A DNA stretch of 64,000 nt, taken from the NCBI RefSeq assembly GCF_009914755.1, contig NC_060926.1. One strand, given 5' to 3'. Position numbers and translations under genes: made by a program. The notes under the pieces were generated by a model. The model was not told where the DNA came from and did no database searches. It saw only the letters and a program-made list of their open reading frames with translations. This document shows positions 16,332 through 41,799 of this stretch, piece after piece. Origin of the DNA: the human T2T-CHM13v2.0 reference genome, Homo sapiens. Numbering within the stretch: the stretch's first letter is position 1; the number at the start of each line of letters is the position of its first letter.

Positions 16332-17749
16332 GAGCAATCTGATTTCCAAAAAGCATCCTGCATTTCGAAGAAAGTGAAATCCAAAAGTGAAGAGAGGCTC
16401 CTCCTGCCCCCACGATGGCGTTAGGCATATGGCCTGTGCAGCACCACTCGGGTTCTGGATGAGCACACAGCAAACACGGAGTTTTGGAGTCTGCAGTGGA
16501 AGGAACCCTGGATAATACTCACTCTGGGAACAGAGCCCTGAATAAGGTAGTGACTCCTCCAAAGCCACTCAGCACGTGCTCCAGAGCAGTGCTTTGTTGA
16601 GGGCTGTGGTGTGCTGGGCACCCTGTGAGGCTCTGAAGTTCCCTCAGCAGCATAATGGGGTAGATTCTGTGAACGTCCACTTGATGGACAGGGCATGGAG
16701 TCTTGGGGAGCCTAAGATACTTGCCCACAGTCACACGGCTAATCCATGGGGGAGCCTCGGGGTCTCCCTCCAGGGACCATGCCCTCCTGACACCTTCCTT
16801 AACCTGAGGCCAGGATCCTGGCTCCCGGCCGTGACCTCCATCACCAGCAAGCCACTGATACTAATAGACCAGCAGACAGTTGCACAAATGGCTTCAGTGG
16901 CATCTGTAAAGCATGTGTACCTGTCCTTGAGGGAACTCTCTCCCAGACTGGAGCCGGGTCGGCATCTTCCACTCCTGAAAGGATCAGGGTCCATCTTCCA
17001 GTTCGTATAACCTGGCACCCACGTGCCCGCCTCTAGTGGCCAAATGCGTGAGGGGATTATTTGGATTTGTGTGGCATCTGAACCATCATTAATTACATTA
17101 GGCTCTCCACTGCATCTCTTAAGTCCAAATGAGATCTGAACACCAGCTGCCCTTAGAGCAAGCTCGGGTTGCCATGGTAACCGGGCCATCCTGCTCCTCT
17201 GGACTCCAGCAGTCCAAGTAACACCACTCGGGTCTTGGCTACAAAGCTCAGCTTTCAGCAGGCCCGTCTCTCACCTCTAGCTGCCTGTTTCAGAACACTG
17301 GGTGGGGAGCGGAGAGCTTAAGTAAGGTACTTTCCTTGATCTGATCTTCCTCTGATTAGCCTATCAGCTAGTTCACATGCATTGACTGCGCACCAGCTGC
17401 ATGTGAGGCCCGGTGCTGAGCGTGGGTATGGGGGTGCCTTTAGCATATGGAGATGGAATCTAAAGTCTAGGGAACATGTCGTTTGTAATTCTGCAAACAC
17501 TTGTGGCCCGGCTAGTCTCAGGCATTGTGCTAAGCACTGTGGGGAGATGAGCTTGACATAGACCGACCCTGCCCTCAAAAAGCGTGTACCGACTGGGGAG
17601 ATAAAAGGGTGAACAAATAACTGCAGTCCAGCGGGATAAATTGGATAGAGCTCGCACACAAAGTCATGGGGCAAGTACCTCTGCCTGGGGGCATCAGGGC
17701 AGACTTCCCAGCAGAGGCAGGTTTTGAACTGCTTCTTAAAAGATAGAGG

Positions 17750-18039
17750 TTGCTGGGCACGCTGGCTCACGCCTGTAATTCCAGCACTTTGGGAGGACAA
17801 GGTGGGTGGATCACTTGAGGTCAGGAGTTTTGAGACCAGCCTGGCCAACATGGCCCATCTCTACTAAAAATACAAAAATTAGCTGGGTGTGGTGGCACAC
17901 GCCTATAATCCCAGCTACTCAGGAAGCTGAGACAGGAGAATGGCTTGAATCTGGAAAGTGGAGGTTGAAGTGAGCTGAGATCGTGCCACCGCACTCCAGC
18001 CTGGGCAACAGAGTGAGACTCTGTCTCAAAAGAAAAAAA
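17750..18039 (+). mobile_element. AluS
   Basis: Dimer, TSD aaaagata. Confidence 0.87.
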
Positions 18040-18512
18040 GATAATTAGGTGTTCACCAGGCAGAGACAATGGAAAAGGGCTGTGCAGTCATGCAGCCAAG
18101 AGAGAAGAGCATCGGCAGCCCAGCGAGCCAGTCGGGATGGGAAAGCGTGCGGGATGGGAGGGGAGGTGGGTGGGTCCAGATTAGAAGAAGCTTGACCGCT
18201 GCTGAGCAGGTTGGTTTTCATTCTGAGGACTGTGGGGAGTTTATAGAGTGAGTTTCAGCTGCCCAGCACAGGAAATGGAATGGAGAGGACAAAACAAAAG
18301 GCCCAGAGCCCAGCTGGACGGCTGGGACAGTGGTCCCGATGAGCTGGGGCGAGGTGGGGTCTCTCCTTCCAAATGGCAGCATTCTTCCATCTCAGTAGCA
18401 AACTGTGGAGCTGATACTTTGATCCTGAATGGGTTTGCGGGGGCCAAACCCTTTCCTTCACCATTTGTGCTGTCAGGGGGAACAGGCATCTCAAGAGGGT
18501 TGTTTCCTGCCT

Positions 18513-18652
18513 TGCTAATTTTTTGTATTTTTAGTAGAGACGGGGTCTCCCCATGTTGGCCAGGCTGGTCTTGAACTCCTGACCTCAGGTGATCTGCCCG
18601 CCTTGGCCTCCCAAAGTGCTGAGATTACAGGTGTGTGCCACCGGGCCCGGCC
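18513..18652 (-). mobile_element. Alu left monomer fragment
   Basis: Alu consensus match. Confidence 0.8.
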
Positions 18653-19719
18653 AATCCAGATCCCTTTATTTTGCTTTATTTTCTTTCCATAACCCTTTGC
18701 CTTCTAAGGTACAATTCAATGTACTTATTGATTATGTTTATCAATTGTTATACTTATTGGTTGCATTTACAGTGTCTGAACCTCAATAACTATTTGTTAC
18801 CTTGCTGAATAGTGTGAGAGGAGGATGTATGACAGCCTCTCTCTTCTCCGGGACAAGCCTGGGCAAATAGTCCTCAGAACTGCTCCTCATAGGTTTTTGT
18901 TCTTCTAGGGCAGGGATATTTCTAGCCACATGCACATTGTCTGTCTGGAGCAGGAGTGGGGTCTGTTCCCAAGTGCCAGCTCTAGGGAGCAGTGGCGCTT
19001 GGGAAATGGAGGCACTCTGGATTCAGGGGAAGTCTTCTATCTGTGTGCTGTGGATAAACTACTTCATCTCACCGCGCCTTCAAGTGCAATGAATAATAAA
19101 TGCCCACCTGGCTGTGTTGTTGTGAGAAGTGAATACAATTAAAAGTGATTATGCATGTTGAGGAATCAGTACAGCATGTAGAAGATAACGAGGCTCAAAC
19201 AGTGAGCTATAAACGGTTTTGCAAAAGACAGCTACTTAAAATTCGAAATACATTTTCCCAGAAAGTCAGTGGAAAGAACCTGTTCCCTGGAGTTCATGAG
19301 AAAAGTTTGGTAACTGAGTGGAGAATGTATCACCAGCTGAAGGCTGGTGTCAACTCAGTGACCGGTTTTGAGGCCCTAGCCCCGGCCACCCTGTTCTGGT
19401 GATGGGTGGGGCTGCTTTAATCATAGCCTTATTTTACCTTTGGCTCTGGACATATGAATAGGGTTGGAAATCAGAGCTCAAAGGACAGAGCCGGCGCAGC
19501 CTAAACGCCATCCTTCCAGGTGGGCAAGCAGAAGCCTGGGGAGAGGGAAGCAGCTCCCCTGGATCACAGGACAGAGGACCAGTGGGAGGACTGCGCAGGG
19601 TAGCAGGTGAAGGCCTCCCAGCGCAGCGGCTCCCAGAGGAGTGTGGAGCTGCCCCAGGCGCTAGCAGCCAGTGAGCAGAGAGGGGCTCCACAGGGGTCGG
19701 CCTGTCCTCCAAATCCATC

Positions 19720-20014
19720 CTTTTTTTTTTTTTGAGACAGACTCTCGCTTTGTCACCCACCTAGAGCATAGTGGTGCGATCTCGGCTCACTGCAAACTCT
19801 GCCTCCTGGGTTCAAGTGATTCTCCCTCCTCAGCCTCCTGAGTAGCTAGGATTACAGGCACATGCGACCACACCCAGCTAATTTTTCTATTTTTAGTAGA
19901 GACAGGGTTTCACTATGTTGGCCAGGTTGGTCTCCAACTCCTGACCTCAAGTGATCTGCCTCTCTCAGCTTCCCAAAGTGCTGGGATTACAGGTGTGAGC
20001 CACCACACCCAGCC
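19720..20014 (-). mobile_element. AluS
   Basis: Alu consensus match. Confidence 0.88.
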
Positions 20015-21349
20015 CCATTTGATGCTCAGCTGACTGTGTCAATACCTGTGTGCAATGTGGAATAAAAATGTCTCTTCTGCAATAAGATGTCTCTTCTGCA
20101 ATAAAAATGTCCCAGTGTCTTCTATATAATGAACAACTGCATCCTGCCCTCGCCTCCAAACCAGCCCCCACCCGGCGGCCCCTGTTCCTTCAGGTCGTGT
20201 TTCAGGTCAGTTTCTCCCAGTTCCTCCCAGCAGGAGAGCCAGAGCTTTTCACTGCTTCTGCCTGGGGGAAAAGGCCCTGAGCCACTGCGAGGCTGGGGCT
20301 CCCCCAGCGGCCGCCAGCGGTACACATTTCCAGGCTAACTCCAGAGCTTTGGCTGGGTGGGGCTCCTGGAACTTCCACACGGGAGGACTGAGGGCAGCCT
20401 AGTCATCTGCCCCTCAGTGGAGGGGGTGAGAGTGGCTAAGGGGCTTGACAGATGCCAAGGGGGAAAGCGCACTATTGGATTAGGGTCCTCCATGTATTTG
20501 AGGAGGGAAGCACTTGGGAAACTGATGACCCTACCCCCTAACCTGCACCATCACTGGCTCTTAACAAAATTTATTATTTATGTGGTCCTGCCATGTGCAG
20601 GGCCCAGTGCTGGAGGAAATACGGAGATTAATAAGATCTTTATGTCTGGCCCCAAACACAGCATGTCGTTCCATTCCACTTGTGGAGCACCTGTTATGTG
20701 CGAGGATTGCGCTCTGCAATTGTTTAAAGGTAATCATCCTTAACAACTCCAAGGGCAAGATACTCCTTTGCAAATGTTGGCGCAGTGCGTGCTCAGGAAA
20801 AGGAAAAATGGACTCATTGAGGTTCTGAGTGGGAGATGGGGCTTTTGGTAGAATAAAGGACACACACACACACCTGTACACCTGCTGCTTTGGTTCAAAT
20901 GCATTTCTTCTCTCTTAATAACATCTATGGTACTGGGAAAATGGCATGAGTGGTTTCCCTCTTCTCCCCGAAAAGCCTGCAAGAGTGAGGCGGGGCGGGG
21001 GAGGTCTTGGTGGAGGAGGCTGGGGAGGGAAAGTAGTGTTCCTTGGCCTTCTTTTCCACCCTCAGCTACAGAGGAAGATCCAGAGGGTGAAGTCCAGGTG
21101 GTGGGCCTGGGAACCCAGAAGAAGGGCCAAGGGACAGGCTACCTGCTCCAATTGTATCCTAAGTCCAGTGAAGTTACATAAGTTTCTTTCCTGCAAGAAT
21201 TCTCAGGACCTTCACTCTGCGAATGAGAGCTCCAGGAGGGAGATGAGGTGAGTAGTTAACACTTCCCAGAGCTCTTTGTCAAGGAGCATCTCAGGGATGA
21301 GTGTTCAGAGGGGGAGGAAGAGAGTCCCACGGCCTTCTGGGGACCCTGA

Positions 21350-22288
<939 letters not shown>

Positions 22289-22496
22289 CAACTGATGTTA
22301 GTTCAGAATCTGTACCAGGCCTACTCTGAGAAAAGACTTTTTCTAATTCAGTCTTCTAAGATTATTGTAACCCTGCGAAGATACCTAGATAGGCATAGTT
22401 ATTAGTAAAGAAAGGAATGAGAACCATGGAGTTATCCGTCAGGGTCCTGGCAGAAAACAGCTGGCACCCTCAAATGGGTTCATTTGAGAAGAGCTT

Positions 22497-22612
22497 AATA
22501 AAGGAACTCTCTGGGGAGCATATATTCAGGGCAACTCCAATCTATGTCTCCGAGGTTAAAAAATAAAAACAAAACAAAACAAAATAAAATAAAATAATAA
22601 AGGAACTCTCTG
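22497..22612 (+). mobile_element. Short unidentified retrocopy (44 nt + A-rich tail) with 17-bp TSD
   Basis: AATAAAGGAACTCTCTG at 22497-22513 and 22596-22612 flanks a unique 44-mer and an A/AAAAC/AAAAT tail. Confidence 0.75.
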
Positions 22613-23290
22613 CAGGTGAAGGAAACCCTAAGGGTGGTGCCATACCCTGGGGCTAGGAACAGTGGGGTGGACAGCGAGCAGTTACCAGACCCAGAGAAGC
22701 AGGACTGTATGAGGACAGGAGTTGAGACCTCTGATCAAGGGATGCAGACAGCCTATGGTGACCCTCACAGAGTGAGCCAGAGAGAATCACCCACCTCAAC
22801 TGCTCCCTCTCAGTCTCCTAGGGACACTCCCTCCCATCGCCTGAACCTGCTGGAATGAGGCCATGGGGAGGCTCTTTGCTGCCTCCACCCAGGCCAGGGC
22901 ATTCCCCTCCCTCCCTGAACAGAGTGGAGTGGGACATGGGGATGCATCTGCAGGGGCTCCCGAAAATGCTCTTTGTGACTTTGTGAGCATTTTATTTATT
23001 TGCAATAGCAAAGTATTCAAGTGAATCGGTTATAATAATTTGTAAATATGACTTAAGTCACTTATGAGAATTGATATAAATTTGCAATAATTTAAAAAAT
23101 ATTTAAGACCCCCTCAACCCCCCCCACATATATTTTTGAGATTGGGGTCTCACTATGTTGCCCAGGCTGGTCTCAAACTTCTGGCTTTAAGTTATGCTCC
23201 TGCCTCAGCCCCCCGAGTCACTGTGACTACAGGTGTGAGCCACTGTACACCCAGCATAACATAATGATTTTTAAGGTTTTGTTTTACATA

Positions 23291-23782
23291 TAGTTGGTCT
23301 TGACTTAGGATGGCTCAACTACAATTGCTCAACATTACAATGCTGTGAAAGAGATACACATTCAGTAGAACCTGTACTTCAAATTTTGATCTTTTCCTGG
23401 TCTAGCAATATCGGTAAGGGACTGTTTGGCCATGATGGGCAGTCATAGCTCCCGTCAGCCTGGCGATCACGAGCAGTAAACAGCCAGCACTGCACAGTGC
23501 ACTGTGTTGCCAGCAATCTCTGGATACTGTATTTTGTGATTATACATCCCATAATGTCTACACAATGCCCATCTGCGTATGGAATCCAACCCTTTGTTAT
23601 AAAATAGGCTCCTGCTGGACGACTTTGCCCAACTGTAGGTAATGTAAGTGCTCCAAGCACCTAAGGCAGGTGAGGCTGGGCTGTGATGTTCAGTAGGGTG
23701 GGTGTATTAGATGCATGTTCCAATTATATGTTCAATTATGATGGCTTTATCAGGATGTAACCCATCATAAGTTGGGGACTGT
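23291..23782 (-). mobile_element. MER47/Tigger5-like TcMar DNA transposon remnant
   Basis: gacttaggatgg... and ...gtaacccatcataagt termini; internal cccaactgtaggtaatgtaagtg motif. Confidence 0.6.
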
Positions 23783-23936
23783 CTCTCTATTCAAGTGTTG
23801 GTATTTATTTATAGAATACTGTCTAAACATCAAGTTCAATTATGATGGCTTTATCAGGATGTAACCCATCATAAGTTGGGGACTGTCTCTCTATTCAAGT
23901 GTTGGTATTTATTTATAGAATATTGTCTAAACATCA
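23730..23936. repeat. Near-perfect 104-bp tandem duplication (2 copies)
   Basis: 23730-23832 vs 23834-23936 differ at one position (tactgt/tattgt). Confidence 0.92.
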
Positions 23937-24919
23937 GGGAGATGTCTTTTGTCAGGCCCTAAATTAATCACTAGACTCTTTTTATGAGGAAGCAAGTAAA
24001 AGGTTCAGATTTTAAAGAACTAAGTAACAGCTGAAATAGTATTATTTTTCTACTCAAGCTAACATTAATATTTAGATATTTCCTGCACTGCTTTTGAGCT
24101 CTTTGCTTGATACATTCTTCTCCTTGAATTGTTTTCTAGGTCAAAGCAGAACTGGACACACACACATGTGCACGCCGTCTTAGGAGGGGCAGGAAACAGG
24201 AGAAACGGGGGGCTGCCAAAGGTCAGATGATCAGCTGCTTAGGAATCAGGAGGCCATGGGGTGAGCACAGCCACACGGTGTAGTGCTGGGGATGCAGGTG
24301 GAGGCAGAAGGGGATGGCCAACTTCTGGCTCTGTTTCGTGTTTAGGAGCAGTTACAGTGGAAGAGTCACTGTGAGCTTTGGGGGCACAGGAGCCAATAAA
24401 CACTCCTTTGCCTGTCTGTTCTCATGAAGAGTCTCTTTCTGTCTCAGTTCTGCTTTCCTCTTTGTCGATTCCATTTTCTACCCTGTGCTCCTAAGAGCCC
24501 CCGCCTCAGTTCTCCAAGCTGCACATACAGCAGAAAGACGGTTTCTCTCTCCCTGCACAGGCAGCCGATGGCCTGAATCCAGCTTCCGTAGTAAAGCTTG
24601 TGTGGGTTGCCTGTTCCTAGTGGGTCAGGAGAATAGAAAATGTCCCTCCCCAGACCTTTGGGGTCAAGGAGGAGGGGGAGGGAGGGAGTTGGCTCCCTTA
24701 AATCTTGCAGACTGGGAATGGGGGAGGGTGGTCCCCAGTAAATGTGGAGAGTTGCTAACTACAGATGGGGGAAAGCGTAGGCAGGCAAGAACAAGAGCTG
24801 TCCATGACTAAGACAAAATCTTAGTCTAAACTCCACTGGTGCCTATTTCTGGTTGATTAGAACAGGGATGATTTTATTCTGTCTATTTTTTCTTACTCTC
24901 TACAATGAAGGTGCACTAG

Positions 24920-25198
24920 TTTTTTTGTTTTATGGTTCTGTCATCCAGGCTGGAGTGCAGTGGCACAATCATGGCTCACTGTAGCCTCAATCTCCCAGGC
25001 TCAAGCAATCCTCTCGCCTCAGCCTCCTGAGTAGCTGAGACTACAGGTGTGCACCACCACACAGATAATTTTTTCTTTTTTGTAGAGACAGGGTCTCACT
25101 ATGTTGCCCAGCTGGTCTCGAACTCCTGGGCTCAAGTAATCCTCCCACCTGACCTCCCAAAGTGCTGAGATTACAAGTGTGAGGCACTGCAGCCAGCC
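24920..25198 (-). mobile_element. AluJ
   Basis: Alu consensus match. Confidence 0.83.
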
Positions 25199-25257
25199 TG
25201 CATTAGTTTTATCATGGGAAACATACAATAAATTTTAATTCAAAAATTGAGGAAGTC

Positions 25258-25557
<300 letters not shown>

Positions 25558-26327
25558 TTGAATAAGTCTAAGCTTTGCTGTGGTACTAAATAATTGTTTT
25601 ATATACATTTCTTTTGTCTTCCCAGATGACTGCAATCTCCTTGGAAACAAGAACTCTACCTCCCTCTGTTTCTGTGTTCCTCCGGTGAGTGTCCACTGTG
25701 TACCAGGTGTCATTCTAGATGCTGGGATGCAGCAGTGAGCAGAAGAGGTAAAAATGTCCATCCGACATTCTAGAGGGGATGAGGAAATGTGAGCAAGTGA
25801 AGAAGTCAGTATTATGGAGAAGGCAATTGGTGCAATGGAGAAAGATCAGGAGGGGCCAGAGAGTGGGGAGTGCAGGCTAAGTGTTTAGGGTTTTACTCGA
25901 GCCTAGTGATGACGGAGGCCTCGCAGTGAAGGTGACTTTGGGGAAAGCCTTGAAGGAGCTGCAAGGCCAGAGGAGCCCCTGAGGCAGCTGTTGTATCCTC
26001 AGTTTCCCAGGAACAGGAGGAGGTCATTGCGGCTGGAGGGGTGGGTGTGGGGAGGGCACAGGGAGAGGAGCTGGGAGAGGATCACGTGGCACCCTGGGGC
26101 CTTTGAGGATTGGGACTTCTGCCAAGTGGGATGAGACAGGGAAGCCAGAGCACCTCAGGACAGCTGAAGCCCAGCCTCTGTGTCTCCGGGCCCTGCTCTT
26201 CCCACGCCAACCTGTCCCTCCACTTCCTGGAACATTGTCTTGCCACTTTGGTTTTGTCAACCCATCCTAAGTGTGATCCTTCAGGCTTCTAAACATGCAT
26301 ACCCACTAGGGCCAATGTCTGACTTCA

Positions 26328-26875
<548 letters not shown>

Positions 26876-27380
26876 TCACTCATGCAAGCCTCACAACACA
26901 CTACTGAAGTATCAATAGCTCATTTTATAGATGGGGGGTAAAGCTCAGTGAGGCCAGGGAGCTTCCAGTTACACATTCTGAGTGCACAGAGGGGGAGTCA
27001 GCTGAGGTCTGTCTGACTCCAGAGGCACTAAAATTAAGGCCCCTGTGTCACCATGTCCCACCTCAACAAATCTCTAATCTTTTGTCCAACTTTTTCAACC
27101 TTTTTCACTAGGCAGGGCTAAGTGATATGCAGCAGAGAACAGGATCATTTTTGTTCCAAACTCTACATTGTCACCCTGTTAAAATACCTCTAAAAAAGTT
27201 AATGTTGGACATGTAAATTAAAAAAATGGTTATTAAAACAAAACAAAGCAGAAAATAAGCATAGGTGAGGATGTGGAGGAATTGGAGCCCTTGTGCACTG
27301 CTGGTAGGAATGTAAAATGGTGCAGCTGCTGAAGTTGGAAGTGGAAGTTCCTGAAAAAATTAAACATAGAGTTATGTTTA

Positions 27381-29903
<2,523 letters not shown>

Positions 29904-30237
29904 TTACAGGAACATGTACACTTGCCCTTGTTCATAGCAGCACTCTTCATAATAACCAAATGGTAGAAACAACCCAAACATCCACAGATGATTGGATAAA
30001 CAAAATGCCGTCTATGCACACGATGGAATATTATTCAGCCTTAAAAAAGGGACATTATGACCCATCTTACAACATAAATGAACCTTGAGAATGTTATGCT
30101 AAGTGAAATAAGACAGTCACTAAAAGAACAAACAATATATGATTCTATTCATATGTGGTACTTAGAGTAGTCAAAATCATAGAGATAGAAAGTAGAATGG
30201 TGTTGTCAGGGGCTATAGGGAGGGGGAATGAGGAGGT

Positions 30238-31755
<1,518 letters not shown>

Positions 31756-32631
31756 ATGGATCTAAATTTTTTTCTCCCATAAACCAAGAGGGGTAGGATC
31801 AAAGGCTTTTGGGATTCACTTCTAAAATCATGATTCACGATTCACTGGTTCAATAACTAGAATTTCACTTTCAGATCAATCTGGTAGCACCGTGCAAGGT
31901 GAATTAGAAAAAAGACAGAATGGTAGGAAAGAGATTGGAGCTAATGAATAATAACATGTTGAACAGTGAGAGAAATAGGTTTTTAAAAACATGAGAACAG
32001 TTAAAAGCCTGGGTATAGATTAAGTAGCCCCAACAAGCAGCAGTTAGGAACTTCAGAAAAAAAAAAAAAAAAGAAAAAAGGGGATAGCAGATGAGACACA
32101 CCAGAGGAAAAACTGGCTGATCATTTTTCAGAATTTAAGACATGAGATTTCACAATGAAATACAATCTGGGAACTAAGCAAGATAAAGAAAAGTAAGCAT
32201 TCATGTAATCACATCAGAATAGAATTTCAGAATACCAAAGAGGAAGAGAAAAATCTCAAAACTTATGAAGAGAAACACAACTGCAGACTTCTCACAAGAA
32301 ACAACTGACAATGGACAATGGAGTAACAATGCCAGAGGCCTGAGGGAAAATAACTCTGGCCCAGGGAATTCTACTCTCAAACTACTGTTCAGTATAAATG
32401 TAACATATCAAAACCTTTGGAATGCAGCTAAAATCCTATTTGAAGGGAGATTTATATCATTTATTATAAAACAGAGATAGTGAAAATAAACTAAGTATTT
32501 AATTCAGGAAAGTAGAAAACATCCACAGAGTAAACAAAAAAAGCAGAAGAAACAAAAGAATAAAGAATGGAAATTGATTAAATATATACCCAATAAATAT
32601 TTAAATGAACAAAACAGAAACAGCAAAACCA

Positions 32632-34565
<1,934 letters not shown>

Positions 34566-34607
34566 AAACAACATCAACAACAACCACAACAAAAAAATTT
34601 TGCATAG

Positions 34608-35324
<717 letters not shown>

Positions 35325-35611
35325 TAATAGCGATAGTAGAAGAAGGTGCAGTATAAAAATGGTTAAGAACAAATACAGCCAACAGAGCTGGGAACCACTG
35401 ACAATTAAGAACTCACATAGAAATTAGTAGGAAGGGGCTGGGCATAGTGGCTCACGCTTGTAATCCCAGCACTTTGGGAGGCCGAGGCAGGAGGATTGCT
35501 TGACCTCAGGAGTTCAAGATCAGCCTGGGCAACTCTGTCTCTATTTTAAAAAAATTAATTGATAAAAAATTAGTAGGAAGAGATAGGGTGACATTAAGAT
35601 TTAGAAATCAA

Positions 35612-35945
<334 letters not shown>

Positions 35946-35970
35946 CTATTAGAGACCGCCTAGACCTTAA

Positions 35971-36306
<336 letters not shown>

Positions 36307-36322
36307 ATAGATCTTTGTTTAA

Positions 36323-36660
<338 letters not shown>

Positions 36661-36890
36661 TAGTATTTTTCAAAGCTTTCAAAATGAGACTTCTGTTTTT
36701 TAGCTGCTTAAAACAACCACTATTTTATCTCATAATTTTGTGTATCAGGAATTTGGATGGGGCTAAGGTTGGCAATTTTTCTTCTCCACGTGATGTAAGC
36801 TGAAGTCACCAGGTAGAACTCATCTGGTGAGGCCTGGTGCAGCCGAATAATAACTTTTTAATTCCAAAGAATATTTGAAAAGAGACAAAA

Positions 36891-37230
<340 letters not shown>

Positions 37231-37986
37231 CTAATATAGTAGATGTAAACCAAATATATAAGTAATTACATTCAATGTAGATGGTGTGATGGCTGGAGGA
37301 TTGCTTGAGCCCAGGAGTTCGAGGCTGCAGTGAGCTACGATCGTGCCACTGCACTTGAGTCCAGGAGACAGAGTGAGATCCTGTCTCTAAATAATAATAA
37401 TGATAATAAAGTAAAATAAAAATGAGCATAAAGATTGGATAGGAAGACGTAAAACTGTCATTCTTTACAGGCACCATGACTGTGAATGAAGAAAACATAA
37501 AGGAGTCCACAGATAAACCAAATTAATTACAAATTGATCAAGGTTGTAGGATTTAAGGTTAATAATATGAAAAACAATGTCTATATATATCAGTGCATAA
37601 ATTTAGAAAATAAAAAAGTTAAATGATACTACTTATCATAGAATAAGAAATAATAAATATCCAGGAGAAAAATTTTTTAAATGTGCAAGACCGCTATATA
37701 GGAAGCTACAAAAAAAAGTACTGAAAAAAATTAAGGACAACATAAATAAATGGAGGGATATACCGTGGCCATGGATTAGAAGACTCAATATCATAAAGAT
37801 GTCAGTTCTCCTAAAATTCATCTAATGATTCTAACAATGTAATCTGAATGAAAAGATATTCAAAATGAAAATCAAAGCACATGGAGATGAAAAGTTTTAA
37901 CATTCTAAATAAACCAGATCTAGGTAATAAAGGAAATCAAAACCCACATCTCAGACTATTTAAAAAATGCAAAAGTGAGATCACTA

Positions 37987-38340
<354 letters not shown>

Positions 38341-39258
38341 GAAGTAAACCCAACCAATATTTGAGAGGGGATAAGCAAAGAAATTAATTAGTTAGAAAGC
38401 AAGATGTGAGCAAGGGCCTGGTGACATGCATGTGTGATCACAGCTACTTGGGAGGCTGAGGTGGGAGGATCACTTGAACCCACGAGTTCGAGTCCAGCCT
38501 GGGCAACGTAGTGAGATCCCAACTCAAAAAAAGTAAATAAAACAAGAAAGCAAAATACACAGATGTCCCACACCAGGTGAACAGCCATCCAAGGAAATGC
38601 ACACTACTCAGCAATAAACAGGAAGAAACTGTTGATACATTCAACAACTTGGATGAATCTCAAGGGCATTATTTCTAGTTAAAAAAAGCCAGTTAATCTC
38701 AAAGGGTTCCACATTATATGATTCCATTTATAGAATATTATCTAAGACAAATTACAGTGATAGAGACCAGATTAGTGGTTGCCGGGAGTTAAGGCTAGGG
38801 TGTTAACAATTAGGAGCAACACAGGGATCTTCTTTGTGGTGATGGAACAGTTCTGTATCCTGATTTGGTGATGGTTATTCAAATCTACACGTGATAAAAT
38901 TTCAAAGAACCATGTACACATACACCTATACATGACTGCATGTAGAAACCAGTGAAATCCAAACAAGGTTAGTAATTTAATTACTGTCAACTTCCTGATT
39001 TTGACAATGTACTATGGTTATGTAAGATATTGAGTAACCTGGATGAGTAACTTTACCATTTTTGCAACTTCTGTGTGTCTTAAACTACCTCAAAATAAAG
39101 CTTAATACTTTTTTAAAAAAGAAAAAAAAAGACATAAATGGAATATTAGGAAACTAAAACTGCAACATATATAATAGAAAGAAATACTGTCCAAATCATA
39201 TAAAGCCCCTATAAATCAATAAGAAAGTGATAAATGACCCAATCAATAAATGGACAAA

Positions 39259-39864
<606 letters not shown>

Positions 39865-39884
39865 GATGTGGCAGACACTAGGAA

Positions 39885-40808
<924 letters not shown>

Positions 40809-41469
40809 TAAATGTCTATTTTAAATGTGTGTAAAGTGGCACATAACTGTTCAACATCATTTTAGAGGTTATCTGAGCACGAAGAAAATCATTAATCCCA
40901 AAGGCTCTGCACTGTGCTGGCTGCCTCATCCTCACCATCTCCTGAAAATGGCCTCTCAGTGGCTGAAGCTCTCCAATGCGAATGTTCTAGACACAAATGA
41001 TGTGGTGACACTCACATCAGCATCAAACAGCTCCATCTGGTTGTCCACCCTGCTTCCTGCTTAACCATTTCCTGCTGACTTCTGAGTGAGTGACACATAA
41101 ACTAACTACAAAGTTGAACTGGGCTGCTCCTGAGACTTGTGGTTGTGGTGCTGCTGTGCTGTGCTACATTAAGAATGTTGGGCTGGGCGCAAGGGCTCAT
41201 GCCTGTCATCCCAGCACTTTGGGAGGCCGAGGTAGAAGGATAGCTTGAGCCCAGGAGTTTGAGCCCAGCCTGGGCAATATCGTGAGACCTCATCTATATA
41301 TATATATATAAATATACGTAATTGGCAGTTCATATTAAAACAAAGTTTTTGAGAGTCTGGAATTCTGGAGTTAGTCAGACCTGGGTTCAAATCCTAGCTA
41401 TATTATCACGTATGAAGTCTTCTTGCCAATAACTTTTAGCCTTAGGCTAATAACGATCCCCCGCCGGAC

Positions 41470-41783
41470 TTTTTTTTTTTTTTTTGAGACGGAATTTCAT
41501 TCTTGTTGCCCAGGTTGGAGTGCAATGGTGTGATCTCGGCTCACTGAAACCTCTGCCTCCTGGGTTCAAGTGATTCTCCTGCCTCAGCCTCCCAAGTAGC
41601 GGGAACCCAAGTAGCGGGAATTACAGGCGCCTGCTGCCACGTCTGGCTAATTTTTGTATTTTTAGTAGAGATGGGGTTTCCCTATATTGACCAGGCTGCT
41701 CTCAAACTCCTGACCTCAGGTGATCTGCCTGCCTCACCCTCCCAAAGTGCTGGGATTACAGGCGTGAACCTCCAAGCAGGGCC
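41470..41783 (-). mobile_element. AluS with an internal 15-bp duplication
   Basis: cccaagtagcgggaa x2 at ~41591-41620. Confidence 0.85.
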
Positions 41784-41799
41784 TAATAAAGCCTTTTGA

